This document shows, one piece after another, positions 1 through 9,641 of a DNA stretch of 64,000 nt (its first letter is position 1; every line of letters begins with the position of its first letter). This DNA comes from an uncultured Chloroflexia bacterium. GTDB lineage: Bacteria; Chloroflexota; Limnocylindria; Limnocylindrales; CSP1-4. The notes under the pieces are model-generated. The model ran no database searches. It had not been told where the DNA came from and saw nothing but the letters and a program-made list of their open reading frames with translations. The DNA is taken from positions 585,549 through 649,548 of the forward strand of contig CAVVDB010000003.1 of the NCBI GenBank assembly GCA_963746865.1, written 5' to 3'. The position numbers and the translations under genes were made by a program.

Positions 1-1
1 A

Positions 2-1378
2 GCGGACGTCATCCTGTTCGTGGTCGATGCCACGACAGGAACGACGCCGGCCGACCTGGAGGCCGCCCGGATCCTGCGCCGCGCGACGGCCCCCGTGATC
101 GTGGCCGTCAACAAGGCCGACAACGAGAAGCGCGAACTCGAAGGCGCGGAGTTCCACGCCCTCGGCTGGGAGGAGACCTACGCGATCTCCGCCTCGCACG
201 GGCGTGGGACCGGCGACCTGCTCGATGCGATCGTCTGGGCGCTCCCGCCCGAGAGCGAGGCCGAGACCGCCCGCAAGGCACGCGAGGCCGAGGCCGAGGC
301 GTGGGCTGACGAGGTCGCCGCCGGACATCTCGATCCGTTCGTCGTCGGTGACCCCGAAGCCGGCGATGCCGACGACACCGATGGCGCCGAAGCCCCCGAC
401 CTCGACGGCGTCGACGCCGAAGCCGCCCGCTGGGATGCCGCGATGGCCGCCGAGAAGGACGGCGAGCCAGCCGCGATCGCCTTCGTCGGACGGCCGAACG
501 TCGGCAAGTCGAGCCTGCTGAACGCGTTGCTGGGCGAGGACCGGGCGATCGTCTCGGAGATCCCGGGCACGACGCGCGACGCGATCGACACGCGCCTGGC
601 GTGGGGCCGAAGCGAGATCGTCCTGATCGATACCGCCGGGATCAGGCGGCGCGGCAAGGTCGCCGGTGGACCCGCGGCCGAACGCTATTCGACGCTTCGG
701 GCGCTGCACGCGCTGTCGCGGGCGGATGTCGCGGTGCTCGTCATCGATGCCGTCGAGGGCCTGACCTCGCAGGACGCCCACGTGGCGGGCTACGTGATCG
801 AGGAGGGGAAGGGCCTGGTCATCGCGGTCAACAAGTGGGATCTCGTCGAGGACAAGACCGATCGGACCTTCGACCAATACGTGGAGTGGATCCGCAACGA
901 GGTGCCGTTCCTCGACTTCGCCCCGATCGTGTCGATCAGCGCCAAGACCGGCCAGCGGGTCGGGCGCGTGCTGGAGGCCGCCATCGAGATCTGGGGTGAG
1001 CGCCGCAAGCGGATCTCGACCGGGGAGCTGAACCGGGTCCTGTCGGCCGCGACGGAACGGACGCCGCCGCCACCGGTCCGCGGGCATCGGCCGCGGCTGT
1101 TCTATGCGACCCAGGCCGCCGTCGCGCCGCCGACCTTCGTCTTCTTCGCCTCGGACGCCTCGGCCGTCCACTTCTCGTATCGGCGCTATCTCGAGAACCG
1201 GTTGCGCGACACGTTCGGATTCGATGGGACCCCGATCCGGCTCGTGTTCCGCGACCGCTCGTCGGTCAAGCTGCCGCGCCGCAAGAAGGCGCGGAGCGCG
1301 CCGACCAAGCCGGCGGCCAAGGGGAAGGCATCGGGCCGCAAGCCGGCGACCGCCTCGCGGGCACCCAAGAGCCGCTGA
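2..1378 (+). CDS. der: ribosome-associated GTPase Der/EngA (5' partial; window starts inside the gene)
   Basis: Second G-domain P-loop [13 protein letters not shown] and NKxD (NKAD/NKWD) motifs duplicated, C-terminal KH-like basic tail; stop TGA at 1376-1378. Confidence 0.9.
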   Translation, partial: ADVILFVVDATTGTTPADLEAARILRRATAPVIVAVNKADNEKRELEGAEFHALGWEETYAISASHGRGTGDLLDAIVWALPPESEAETARKAREAEAEAWADEVAAGHLDPFVVGDPEAGDADDTDGAEAPDLDGVDAEAARWDAAMAAEKDGEPAAIAFVGRPNVGKSSLLNALLGEDRAIVSEIPGTTRDAIDTRLAWGRSEIVLIDTAGIRRRGKVAGGPAAERYSTLRALHALSRADVAVLVIDAVEGLTSQDAHVAGYVIEEGKGLVIAVNKWDLVEDKTDRTFDQYVEWIRNEVPFLDFAPIVSISAKTGQRVGRVLEAAIEIWGERRKRISTGELNRVLSAATERTPPPPVRGHRPRLFYATQAAVAPPTFVFFASDASAVHFSYRRYLENRLRDTFGFDGTPIRLVFRDRSSVKLPRRKKARSAPTKPAAKGKASGRKPATASRAPKSR

Positions 1379-2443
1379 TGGCCGGTCCGCGGGTCGCGGT
1401 CGTCGGGGCCGGGGCGTGGGGGACCACGCTCGCACGACTCGTTGCGCGGGTGGAGTCGGTGACGCTCCTGTGCCACTCCCCGGAGACGGCGGCCCGGATC
1501 GCCGCGACCGGGCGGAACGAGGCGCGACTGCCGGGTGTGGAGCTACCTGCGACGGTGATCGCCACCGCGGATCCCGCCGCGCTCCGCGACGCGACCGATC
1601 TCGTCATCTTTGCCGCCCCGTCGGCGCACCTGCGGGCGACCGTCGAGGGTCTGGCGCGGCAGCTGGCGCCGGACGCGGACTTGTTGTCGGTGGTCAAGGG
1701 ACTGGAACGAGTAACGCTGCTGCGGATGAGCGAGGTTGTGGCCGAGGCGGCGGGCGTGCCGGTGGCGCGTGTCGCGGCGCTGTCCGGACCCAACCTGGCC
1801 GCCGAGGTGGCACGCAACCTGCCGGCCTCGGCCGTCGTGGCGGCCGCCGACTTGGAGCTCGCGGAGCGTGTCGTGGCGCGGATCGCCCGGCGTCGGTTTC
1901 GCCTGTACGTCAACGAGGACATCCTCGGGGTCGAGCTGTGCGGGGCGCTCAAGAACGTCGTCGCGATCGCGGCGGGCGCCGCCGACGGGCTCGGGTTCGG
2001 CGACAACGGCAAGGCGGGGCTGCTTGACGAGGGGCTTGGCCGAGATGACCCGGCTCGGGATCGCGGCCGGCGCGAACCCGCTCACGTTCGCCGGGTTGGC
2101 CGGGATGGGCGACCTCATCGCGACCGCCGGCTCCACCCTGTCGCGCAACCACCGCCTCGGGGAGGAACTGGCCAAGGGTCGCACCTGGGCCGAGATCGAG
2201 GCCACGTTGCCGGGCACCGCCGAGGGCGCCTACACGGTCCAGGCCGCGCTCGCGTTGGCGGAGCGGTTCGGGGTGGAGATGCCGATCGCCCGCGAGGTCG
2301 AGCGCGCCCTGTTCGAAGGCAAGAGCGTCCAGCGCTGCCTGGTCGACCTGCTGGCGCGCGAGTCGAAGGACGAACTGGCCGACTATGCGAGCTGGATGGC
2401 CCGGCTCGGTGAGGCGCCGGACAAGCCCGTGACGCGGGACTGA
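1378..2443 (+). pseudogene. gpsA: NAD(P)H-dependent glycerol-3-phosphate dehydrogenase GpsA, interrupted by a +1 frameshift near 2035
   Basis: N-terminal Rossmann [23 protein letters not shown], then the conserved ...[11 protein letters not shown]... C-terminal half continues in the next frame (ORF 1736..2443); junction ctgctt-g-acgagg. Confidence 0.75.
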
Positions 2444-2495
2444 CGGCCTGCGACCATGATCAGGTCATCGCATCCCCGACGAAGAGGCGTCGCCC

Positions 2496-2903
2496 ATGCA
2501 ACCCCCTGACGGTGACCATGTCCCGGAGCCGGGGTCTCCGCAGCCGCCGCCGCTTGACCCGCGGCCGGATGTCGAGACCACCCGAATGCCGTGGGCGCCC
2601 GCGGAACCTGCGCCGGCGTCCGCCACGCCCGCGCCCGCCGCGCCCGCGCGCGCAGCGCCGGGACCCATAGCACCGGCGCCCGCCGCACCCGAGCCGGAGC
2701 CGGCGCCAGTCGCGCCGACCGGCTGGACGCAGCCCGGCGAGCCCAGGCCATCAGGATGGACGGAGGCCCCGGCCCAGCCGGTGACGGCCTGCCTGATCAT
2801 CATCCTGATCGGAGTCGTCGGCTTCCTCGTGTTGATCGTCGCCCTCATCTACATCGGCAGCCAGGTCAGCACGATCCTGAGCACGGTCGGCGACTCGGTC
2901 TGA
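2496..2903 (+). CDS. proline-rich hypothetical protein with C-terminal TM anchor ending ...ILSTVGDSV
   Basis: ORF with Pro/Ala-rich N-terminal region, one hydrophobic helix CLIIILIGVVGFLVLIVALIYIG and a short acidic tail; the tail is paralogous to the C-terminus of the RDD protein at 9642..10514. Confidence 0.55.
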   Translation: MQPPDGDHVPEPGSPQPPPLDPRPDVETTRMPWAPAEPAPASATPAPAAPARAAPGPIAPAPAAPEPEPAPVAPTGWTQPGEPRPSGWTEAPAQPVTACLIIILIGVVGFLVLIVALIYIGSQVSTILSTVGDSV

Positions 2904-2921
2904 CCGCGGCCGGACCGACGG

Positions 2922-3863
2922 TCAGTCGGAGGGGGCGGGATCTCGCGGTGCTGGCAATGGCCCAGCCAACTTGACATAGGGCGGGTTGTAGACATAGCCG
3001 AGCGATTCGTTGAGTCCACGGATCCGCTGGTTCGTCCCGTCGTTGAACGTCTCGATCCGGCGGATCCCGGCCGTCCTGGCCCGCCGTTCCAGCTCGGCCT
3101 TGAGAAGGCGGGCGATCCCACGCCGGCGAGCATCGGGATGGACGGCGATCATCCCGATGAATACGACCTGGTCGGCGTTGTCGTAGATCTGGATGGACCC
3201 GAGGAGTCGTTCATCCTCGATCGCGAGGAGGGAGAGCCCCGGCAGGTAGCCCGGGTCATCCAGTCCCATGGCACGCCAAGTATCGAACGTTGGCAGCGGC
3301 TCCCCGGTCAGGAACGGGATCTCCGGGTGGACCAGCATGTCGAGGTCGTACACCGCCCGTTCGAGGTCCGGCCGATCCGCCAGTGTTGCGACCTCGACGC
3401 CGTCGGGTGGCTCGAGGCCTCTGTCGATCGGTGGCCCGGACAGGTCGAGACGGCCGAGCTGGCCGCCACCATCGGCCTGCAATCCACGCCGCTCGACGAA
3501 GCCGATCGCATCCAGATCGTCGGCATACACGAGCGTCGTCATCCGCTCCATCCCATGGTCGCGCGAGAACGTCACCAGGCGGTCGAGCAGTCGCCCGCCG
3601 ATCCCGCGGTGGCGATGGTCGGGCAGGACCCAGACGAAGATGAAGACGTTCCTGGATTCGACGCTCATCGGCCCCCACGCGACGCTGCCGGCGCCGACAT
3701 CGGTGCCGCCAGACTCGGCCATCAGGTCGAGGGTGGCGGTCGCGGAACTGCGCTCGGCGTGCAGGCCGGCGACGCTCAGCCGCTCGACTTCGATCGCGTT
3801 GCGGACGGCCAGTACGCGCGCCAGGTCGGCGTCGCCCGTCGCCTCGCGGATCGTGATGTCCAT
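2922..3863 (-). CDS. GNAT family N-acetyltransferase (two tandem acetyltransferase domains)
   Basis: 313-aa ORF with two repeats of the GNAT motif A region (HRHRGIGGRLL / HPDARRRGIARLL). Confidence 0.75.
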   Translation of the reverse strand: MDITIREATGDADLARVLAVRNAIEVERLSVAGLHAERSSATATLDLMAESGGTDVGAGSVAWGPMSVESRNVFIFVWVLPDHRHRGIGGRLLDRLVTFSRDHGMERMTTLVYADDLDAIGFVERRGLQADGGGQLGRLDLSGPPIDRGLEPPDGVEVATLADRPDLERAVYDLDMLVHPEIPFLTGEPLPTFDTWRAMGLDDPGYLPGLSLLAIEDERLLGSIQIYDNADQVVFIGMIAVHPDARRRGIARLLKAELERRARTAGIRRIETFNDGTNQRIRGLNESLGYVYNPPYVKLAGPLPAPRDPAPSD

Positions 3864-3928
3864 CGCGACAGGATAGACGGGCCGTGGCCGGGGTTTACCG
3901 CCTCCCGGGTGCTAGACTCCGGGTTCGT

Positions 3929-4005
3929 CGGGGCGTGGCGCAGTCTGGTAGCGCACCAGTCTGGGGGACTGGTGGTCGTCGGTTCAAATCCGGCCGCCCC
4001 GACCA
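3929..4005 (+). tRNA. tRNA-Pro (anticodon GGG)
   Basis: Cloverleaf by hand: acceptor CGGGGCG/CGCCCCG, D-arm GCGC..GCGC, anticodon stem CCAGT/ACTGG with loop CTGGGGG, T-arm GTCGG-TTCAAAT-CCGGC, discriminator A + CCA. Confidence 0.9.
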
Positions 4006-4132
4006 ACATCCGGCTGACCGCGCGTTCTTACGCCGCGATGACACGCCGTTGGATCCCCACGGACCTGGTGTGCCAGGCCCCTGCGTAGGTCGCCGGCCCA
4101 CGGTCCCGGAGCCGGGATAGCCGTGCCTGTCC

Positions 4133-5410
4133 CTAGGGGCTGGCTGGCCGATCGATCTTGACGCTCGCGATCACCTCATCCAGGGTTGCCCGGAGTGCCG
4201 GGGCGTCCGGGCCGATGATGCTCGCATTGATGCCGAGTCCCGTGTCCCCGAGGCGGACGGACCAGAAGCCATCCTCGTCGGCACCCCCGCCCGACGCAGG
4301 TCCCCAGGAGTGGTAGGCGGGCTGCCCGGCAAGGGTCGTTGGAGCCGCGCTCCAGTCGATGCCCGGCACCGCCCCCAGGCTGAACGTGATCAGGATCGTG
4401 CCGGGTGACTGGCTGTACGCGCCGGGGATGAACGGCTCCCACAGCGGGTCGTGCAGGCACGACGGGCTCGGCGCGCCCGACGGGCACGGAGACTCGACCA
4501 GCGGGGCCATCAACGGCTTCGAGGCCAGAGTCACCAGCGGTGCACCCCGCATCGAGAAGACCAGCGGGTAGTAGACGCTCCAGCCCGCCGGGTAGTCGAA
4601 CGAGAACCCCTCCTCGAAGGCGAGGTGGACGCGTCCATCGACCGCCTCCTCGGGGATCGACCAGGGCGTCAGACGCAACGTCCCGAGGATCGTCTCGACC
4701 TCCGCCTTGCGCGATGCGAGCTCGGCTACTGGCGCGTTCGCCGTGACGTAATACAGCCCACGATCTGGCCCCTCGATGCCCCAGCCGATGTTCGCGTACG
4801 GGTCGTCGGATTGCTGGATCTGCCCGCCCCACACTGGATAGCCGGCGATCGTCTGATGGTTGGGCGATTCTTGCTGATGCGGTGGCTGGTTCGCGAACTC
4901 GACGACCCAGAGGACCATCGATCCCGGTTTCGTCGGACGCTCGTCGCACGTCCCACGTGTCGCGTTGCCCGTCCCCGACCACGACGTTCCCGGGCAAAGC
5001 GTCATGCCGTCGGTGAGCGCGGCGATGCGTCGCATCCCCGGGCGCATCGAACTGTCGGTGGCATCCGTCTGGTCGTTCCAGGCACTGGGGTAGTCGAAGG
5101 TGATCCCGGGAGCCTCGAACCTCCGGAGGCCTGCAGCCGGACGCGGCGAGTCAGCGGACGTAGCGGTCGGCACGACTGCTGGCGAGACGATCGGCGTCGA
5201 ACCGGTGAGGAGGACGGTCCCGACCGCCAGGCCGATGACCACCATCGCAACGGCTGCAACGAGGGCAGGGCGTCGGGTGCCCCGCCTCGAGCTCGGTTGC
5301 GGCGGTCGCCCGGCGAGTTCCGCGACGTAGGCGTGAAGGGTCGTCGGCGCCTCGGGTAAGCGGGCGTCGTGCAGTCCCTCGCGCAGGCGGTCTTCGAGGT
5401 CGTCGGTCAT
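4133..5410 (-). CDS. putative anti-sigma factor (short cytoplasmic N-terminus, single TM, large extracytoplasmic domain)
   Basis: Start ATG overlaps the stop of the upstream ECF sigma gene (ATGA at 5407-5410); TM VAAVAMVVIGLAVGTVLL after a ~50-aa N-terminal region. Confidence 0.6.
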   Translation of the reverse strand: MTDDLEDRLREGLHDARLPEAPTTLHAYVAELAGRPPQPSSRRGTRRPALVAAVAMVVIGLAVGTVLLTGSTPIVSPAVVPTATSADSPRPAAGLRRFEAPGITFDYPSAWNDQTDATDSSMRPGMRRIAALTDGMTLCPGTSWSGTGNATRGTCDERPTKPGSMVLWVVEFANQPPHQQESPNHQTIAGYPVWGGQIQQSDDPYANIGWGIEGPDRGLYYVTANAPVAELASRKAEVETILGTLRLTPWSIPEEAVDGRVHLAFEEGFSFDYPAGWSVYYPLVFSMRGAPLVTLASKPLMAPLVESPCPSGAPSPSCLHDPLWEPFIPGAYSQSPGTILITFSLGAVPGIDWSAAPTTLAGQPAYHSWGPASGGGADEDGFWSVRLGDTGLGINASIIGPDAPALRATLDEVIASVKIDRPASP

Positions 5411-5985
5411 CGCTGATCCTCGGCGGCGGCAGCCGACAGCAGTCCGCCACGCATCGCAGCGAGCGCCCGATTGAGCCTTGACTTGACGGTCCCGACCGGC
5501 CAGCCAAGGCGCTCCGCTACTCCTTCGAGCGTCAGGTCCGCCCCGTAATGAAGGAGGATGACGATCCTGAGGTCGGGGTCGAGGGAGGCGATAGCGCGAA
5601 GGACCTCGTCGCGATCAAGGACGGCCCGGAACGGGTCCCGGATCGCGGTGGTCGCTGTCGCATCGTCGATGTCCACGAACCTGACCCGACCGCGACGCTT
5701 GAGTCGATCCCGACAGACGTTGACGAGGATCCGGTCGAACCAGGCCTGGAACCCCGCGGGGTCGCGAAGGGAGCCGGCGGCTCGCCAGGCGCGGAGGAGG
5801 GCATCCTGCGTCGCGTCCTGGGCCTCGTACTGGTCGCCCAGGATCAAGCCCGCCAGGCGGTAGGCACGATCAAGCTCTCCGTCGGCGAGACGAAGGACTC
5901 GTTGGGCGGCGTCGAACTCGTCCCTGTTGGCCAGCGGACCCTCCGTCCAGAGAACCGTGCGGCCGCTCGCTGTGGCAAGCATCAC
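5407..5985 (-). CDS. ECF (sigma-70 family, group 4) RNA polymerase sigma factor
   Basis: Region 2 and region 4 motifs (DATQDALLRAW..., VAERLGWPVGTVKSRLNRA); start/stop-coupled to the downstream anti-sigma. Confidence 0.85.
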   Translation of the reverse strand: MMLATASGRTVLWTEGPLANRDEFDAAQRVLRLADGELDRAYRLAGLILGDQYEAQDATQDALLRAWRAAGSLRDPAGFQAWFDRILVNVCRDRLKRRGRVRFVDIDDATATTAIRDPFRAVLDRDEVLRAIASLDPDLRIVILLHYGADLTLEGVAERLGWPVGTVKSRLNRALAAMRGGLLSAAAAEDQR

Positions 5986-6018
5986 ACCAAATAGACTCTG
6001 TGGCGCGCCAAACCGTTC

Positions 6019-6441
6019 TCAGCCGGCGCCGCGGTCACGTCCTGGCAGGATGCCGTGTCGCTTCCGCACTCGGGCGGCGGCGACCTTGTCGTCCTGGTCG
6101 ATGGTCAGCATCTCTTCGACCAGCCCGTCTAGCGCCGCCGGCCAGATCGCAAGCCAGCGGGCCGGGCCCGACCCGACGATCCGGAGGCCGTGCTCGGTAT
6201 CGGGCGGGACGAGGACGAACGTGCCTGTTGCGATCCGCGTGCGTGACGAGGCGCCGAGGAGCTCGATCTCACCCTCGAGGACGAAGAACCCTTCGGGCTC
6301 ACCTTCATGGACGTGGGTCCGGCCGCCCTCGCCCGGGACTCCGCTCACGACGGCAACGCCCCACCGGCCATCGGTCTCCGTCGCCTGGAGCTTGACCACG
6401 ATGTCTCCTGGGCCGGCGAGTCCTTCGTCCGCCCCCACCAC
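6019..6441 (-). CDS. cupin domain protein
   Basis: 140-aa ORF with cupin motifs G(X)5HxH(X)nE...G / ...H (THVHEGEPEGFFVLEGEIEL). Confidence 0.6.
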   Translation of the reverse strand: MVGADEGLAGPGDIVVKLQATETDGRWGVAVVSGVPGEGGRTHVHEGEPEGFFVLEGEIELLGASSRTRIATGTFVLVPPDTEHGLRIVGSGPARWLAIWPAALDGLVEEMLTIDQDDKVAAARVRKRHGILPGRDRGAG

Positions 6442-6548
6442 GAGCAGTCCGTCGTCGGTGCGCAGTTCGCTCCTCCAGTCCTATCGGTCAGCGTCAGCCA
6501 TGCGGCCTTGGCGGCTCCTTGTGCGGTCGGCATGCACCCCAGGCATAC

Positions 6549-6655
6549 GAATCGGCTCGAGTGAGCGTGGCCGTACCCTGATTCTGACGTTTCTGCGGTC
6601 TGCCGAGCGTGCCAGAGCCGAATCTGATGCCTGTGCTGCATATCGCACGGTCGCG
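6549..6655. repeat. intergenic repeat family, copy A (GAATC...TGAGCGTGGCC ... GAATCTGATGCCTG..GCATATCG)
   Basis: Shares 5' module TGAGCGTGGCC(G)..CC and 3' module GAaTcT.ATGCCTG.G..GCATatCG with copies at 11155-11262 and 28272-28380. Confidence 0.5.
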
Positions 6656-6662
6656 CGCGAAC

Positions 6663-7994
6663 TCAGTTGGCGAGGCGCTGCCAGCTGGCCATTCCTTTGA
6701 CGAGGTTGCCGCCCTCGTCGGGCGACTCGCGCGGCGGGAGGGCGACCGACGTGCCATCGGCGATGTCGATGATGATGATCGAATCCTGGAACGAAACCGC
6801 GGCATCGTCGTAGGCGGTCCCGACCAGTTTCGTTCCATCCGGCGACCAGGCCGGCCCACTCGCGACCAGCGGCGCGAACACGGTCTTGCCCGAGCCATCC
6901 GGCCTGATGATCTCGAACTGGCCGTCCGAGCGGTACCCCTCCGGCGTCGTGAAGAAGGCGAGCCAGCGTCCGTCCGGCGACCAGGTGGGGAAGTCGCTGT
7001 GATCGGTCGCATTCGAGATCCGCCGCGCCAGCCCATCCTCCACATTGACGACCCAGAGCTCCTGATCGAGGGTCTCCGACCGTGTCAGGAAGGCGATCAA
7101 CACTCCGTCGGGTGACCAGCTCAACGGCCCCGCCGACTCGGTCAGTCCGATGAGGCGGCGAACGTTGGAACCGTCGACGTTCATGATGTACAGGGCCCGA
7201 TCACTGTCATCGGTCCAGCCTCGGAACGCGATACGTTCTCCATCCGGCGCCCATGCCGGATCCTGACCCTCCAACGCGTCGTCACCGATCATCCACGAAC
7301 CTGTTCCATCAGCGCGAGTCACGAAGATCCGCTGGATGGCACCGAACTGGCCGGCGTAGACCAGCTGGCTGCCATCGGGGGACCAGGAGGGACCCGACCC
7401 ATAGTGGCTCGGGTCGTCGAAGGCTGACCAAACGCCCGACTTCGAGGTGATGACCGTGCGACGCGTGCCGTCTGCGGCCATGACGACGAACTCTTCCGTC
7501 GGTGGGGTCTCGATCGTCGCAGAGTGGATCAGCGATACGTATGCCACCCTCGTGCCATCGGGCGCCCAGATCGGCTGAAGATCGGTCGCCGATCCCGACG
7601 TCATCTGTCGGCGGCCGGTGCCGTCGGCATTCGAGACGAAGATGTCGCCGCCGGCATCGAACGCGATGAGGCCCGGCCTGGCCAATCCGAATGGCGCCGG
7701 CAGCCGAGGCCTGCTCCCGACCAGTGCCAGGACGCCGACCATCAGTGCCAGAAGAAGGCCGACCGCAACCACGAGACCGGCTCGCTGCCAGCGGCTCGGC
7801 GAGGCCGAAGGGTCGATGCTCGGCAGACCGACCGTCCACCGCCAGGCGAACACGGGCCTGCGCCGTTGCGGGGTCGCCGCGAGCGCGACGCTCAGCCGGC
7901 GACCTTGCACGTCGGCGAACCCGGACGGCGACTCGATGGTCAGCGCCGACCGGATGAGGCGGTCTGTCAGGACTGGCGATCGATCGTCATTCAT
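6663..7994 (-). CDS. anti-sigma factor with extracytoplasmic TolB-like PD40 beta-propeller domain
   Basis: Start ATG at 7994-7992 overlaps the stop of the sigma gene (ATGA); one TM (AGLVVAVGLLLALMVGVLALVG) followed by repeated WSPDG/WAPDG PD40 motifs. The 669-aa ORF in the track is an upstream extension in this frame. Confidence 0.75.
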   Translation of the reverse strand: MNDDRSPVLTDRLIRSALTIESPSGFADVQGRRLSVALAATPQRRRPVFAWRWTVGLPSIDPSASPSRWQRAGLVVAVGLLLALMVGVLALVGSRPRLPAPFGLARPGLIAFDAGGDIFVSNADGTGRRQMTSGSATDLQPIWAPDGTRVAYVSLIHSATIETPPTEEFVVMAADGTRRTVITSKSGVWSAFDDPSHYGSGPSWSPDGSQLVYAGQFGAIQRIFVTRADGTGSWMIGDDALEGQDPAWAPDGERIAFRGWTDDSDRALYIMNVDGSNVRRLIGLTESAGPLSWSPDGVLIAFLTRSETLDQELWVVNVEDGLARRISNATDHSDFPTWSPDGRWLAFFTTPEGYRSDGQFEIIRPDGSGKTVFAPLVASGPAWSPDGTKLVGTAYDDAAVSFQDSIIIIDIADGTSVALPPRESPDEGGNLVKGMASWQRLAN

Positions 7995-8596
7995 CGTCGT
8001 TCCGCCTTGAGCGCCCGCTCCAGCGCTTGACGCGCGGAGAAGAGGCGCCATTTCGCTGTTCCCTCGGGGATCGACAGGAGGGCCGCGATGTCGATCACGG
8101 ATCGCCCTTCGACGTGATGCAGGACGAGGATCGTCCGCTTGTCGGAGTCGAGGCGCCGGAAGGCGCGTTGGACGAGGTCCGTCTCGGACAGGTCGTCGCC
8201 GAGTGGGTGGCCGGGATGGACGAGTTCCCGTCCGGCCGGCATCGCATCGACGGCGATCTCGCGAATCGTCGTTCGGCGCCGCGCCCGCAGCCTGCTCCGA
8301 CATGCGTTGATGGCGATCCGCCACAGCCACGCCTCGAACCGTTCCGGCTCGCGCAGCCTTGGCAGTTCCCGCCAGGCATGGAGACAGGCCTCCTGGACCG
8401 CGTCGGAAGCGTCGGCGTCGTTCGAGAGGATCGACAATGACAGGCGCAGCAGCCGATCCAGCCGCGGCGCGACGAGGGCCTCGAACGCGAGCGTGTCGCC
8501 CGCCTGCGCGCGTGCAACTAGGGTCGTCTCGCTGGAGCCGACCTGCGCGGGCTTGGTCGCGACCACCTGGGCCAAGAGCCCTCCGATGTACGTCAT
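7991..8596 (-). CDS. ECF RNA polymerase sigma factor
   Basis: Sigma-70 region 2 (DAVQEACLHAWRELPRL) and region 4 HTH (IAALLSIPEGTAKWRLFSARQAL). Confidence 0.85.
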   Translation of the reverse strand: MTYIGGLLAQVVATKPAQVGSSETTLVARAQAGDTLAFEALVAPRLDRLLRLSLSILSNDADASDAVQEACLHAWRELPRLREPERFEAWLWRIAINACRSRLRARRRTTIREIAVDAMPAGRELVHPGHPLGDDLSETDLVQRAFRRLDSDKRTILVLHHVEGRSVIDIAALLSIPEGTAKWRLFSARQALERALKAERR

Positions 8597-8607
8597 AGTG
8601 CTCGACG

Positions 8608-9519
8608 CTACGGAAGGGCGCCAGGTTTGCTCGATTCTCGGAGGACGACGCTGATCTCGCGAGGATCGTCACCGGGGCGGTCGCGCCAGGTCAGGAACAG
8701 GGTGAGGCGGCCCGACGGCAGGGGACCGGCCAGTGTGATCTTGGCCGTGAAGCTGCCGAGGCCGAGCAATCCTCCGCCGAAGGAGCCCGGGCGCCCGTCC
8801 TCCTGCCCGATCGAGGGCGTTGAGGTGGCGAGGACGCGGTCGTCGGCCGCTCGGACCGTGATCTCCAGATCTTCGGTCGACACGCTGCCGAACCCCTCGA
8901 CACGAACCGTTGTCCCCGCCGGGGCGGGTTCGACCCTCGTTCGCCAGAGGCCGACCGAGGACGCGGCATGTAGGCGGAACGCGACGACCGTGGCAAGTCC
9001 TTCGCCAGAGCCGGTCGTCCCGCTGTCGATCCGAAGCTCGACCGGGGCTGTGAACGGCGGCGCAAACACGCGGATCGAGGCGGTGACTGGTCCGGCCGAC
9101 GGTACGTCCACGTTCGTCCAGCCGAGGACGACATCACCCAGCCAGATGGCCATGTGGACCGAGCCAAGCGGCCGCGCCGCGATCCCGTGGACCTCGACGA
9201 GTCCGCCTTCGAGGCGGGTACCGGCCGCGGGAGATGTGAGTTCGAAGGGCGCCTGCGAGTCGGATGAGGTGGACGGCTCGCCGCCGTCGACCGCTCCCGG
9301 ATCGTGTGCCGGCTCGAGCGCTCGCGCGCGCGGTGTCTGAACACCGGTCGACCAATGGCCGACGAAGCCGAACCCGACGATGGCGACCGCGATCGCGATG
9401 ACGACCCCCAGCCAGCGGTTCGACCAGGTCGCGCCGCCCACGTGCTGGATCTCGGTGAGGTCCTCGATCTCCCAGTCCGGGGTGTCGGCCGTCGAACTGA
9501 GCGCTGCGTTGTACTTCAT
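8608..9519 (-). CDS. hypothetical single-pass membrane protein (upstream of the ECF pair, same strand)
   Basis: 303-aa ORF, N-terminal TM LGVVIAIAVAIVGFGFVG, no recognisable domain. Confidence 0.5.
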   Translation of the reverse strand: MKYNAALSSTADTPDWEIEDLTEIQHVGGATWSNRWLGVVIAIAVAIVGFGFVGHWSTGVQTPRARALEPAHDPGAVDGGEPSTSSDSQAPFELTSPAAGTRLEGGLVEVHGIAARPLGSVHMAIWLGDVVLGWTNVDVPSAGPVTASIRVFAPPFTAPVELRIDSGTTGSGEGLATVVAFRLHAASSVGLWRTRVEPAPAGTTVRVEGFGSVSTEDLEITVRAADDRVLATSTPSIGQEDGRPGSFGGGLLGLGSFTAKITLAGPLPSGRLTLFLTWRDRPGDDPREISVVLRESSKPGALP

Positions 9520-9641
9520 GACCGTACCGACGCCGGTCGGGGCGGCCGCGTTTGGTCGGCGATCGCGGTGGCGTCGAATCGGCGAGGTCGGCGAGCCGCC
9601 GCTCGGCTACCATGACGTTGACCACCACGAGCTGGAGGCCG

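Noticed and set aside
3256-3876. Overlapping ORFs (140-202 aa) within the GNAT gene region and the small ORFs flanking tRNA-Pro (3776-4120)
   Set aside because: Low-complexity, overlap a well-supported CDS or the tRNA; no motifs.
6663-8672. 669-aa ORF spanning the ECF sigma gene region
   Set aside because: Upstream two-thirds is an out-of-frame read through the sigma factor gene; the real anti-sigma gene starts at ATG 7994 with ATGA coupling to the sigma stop.
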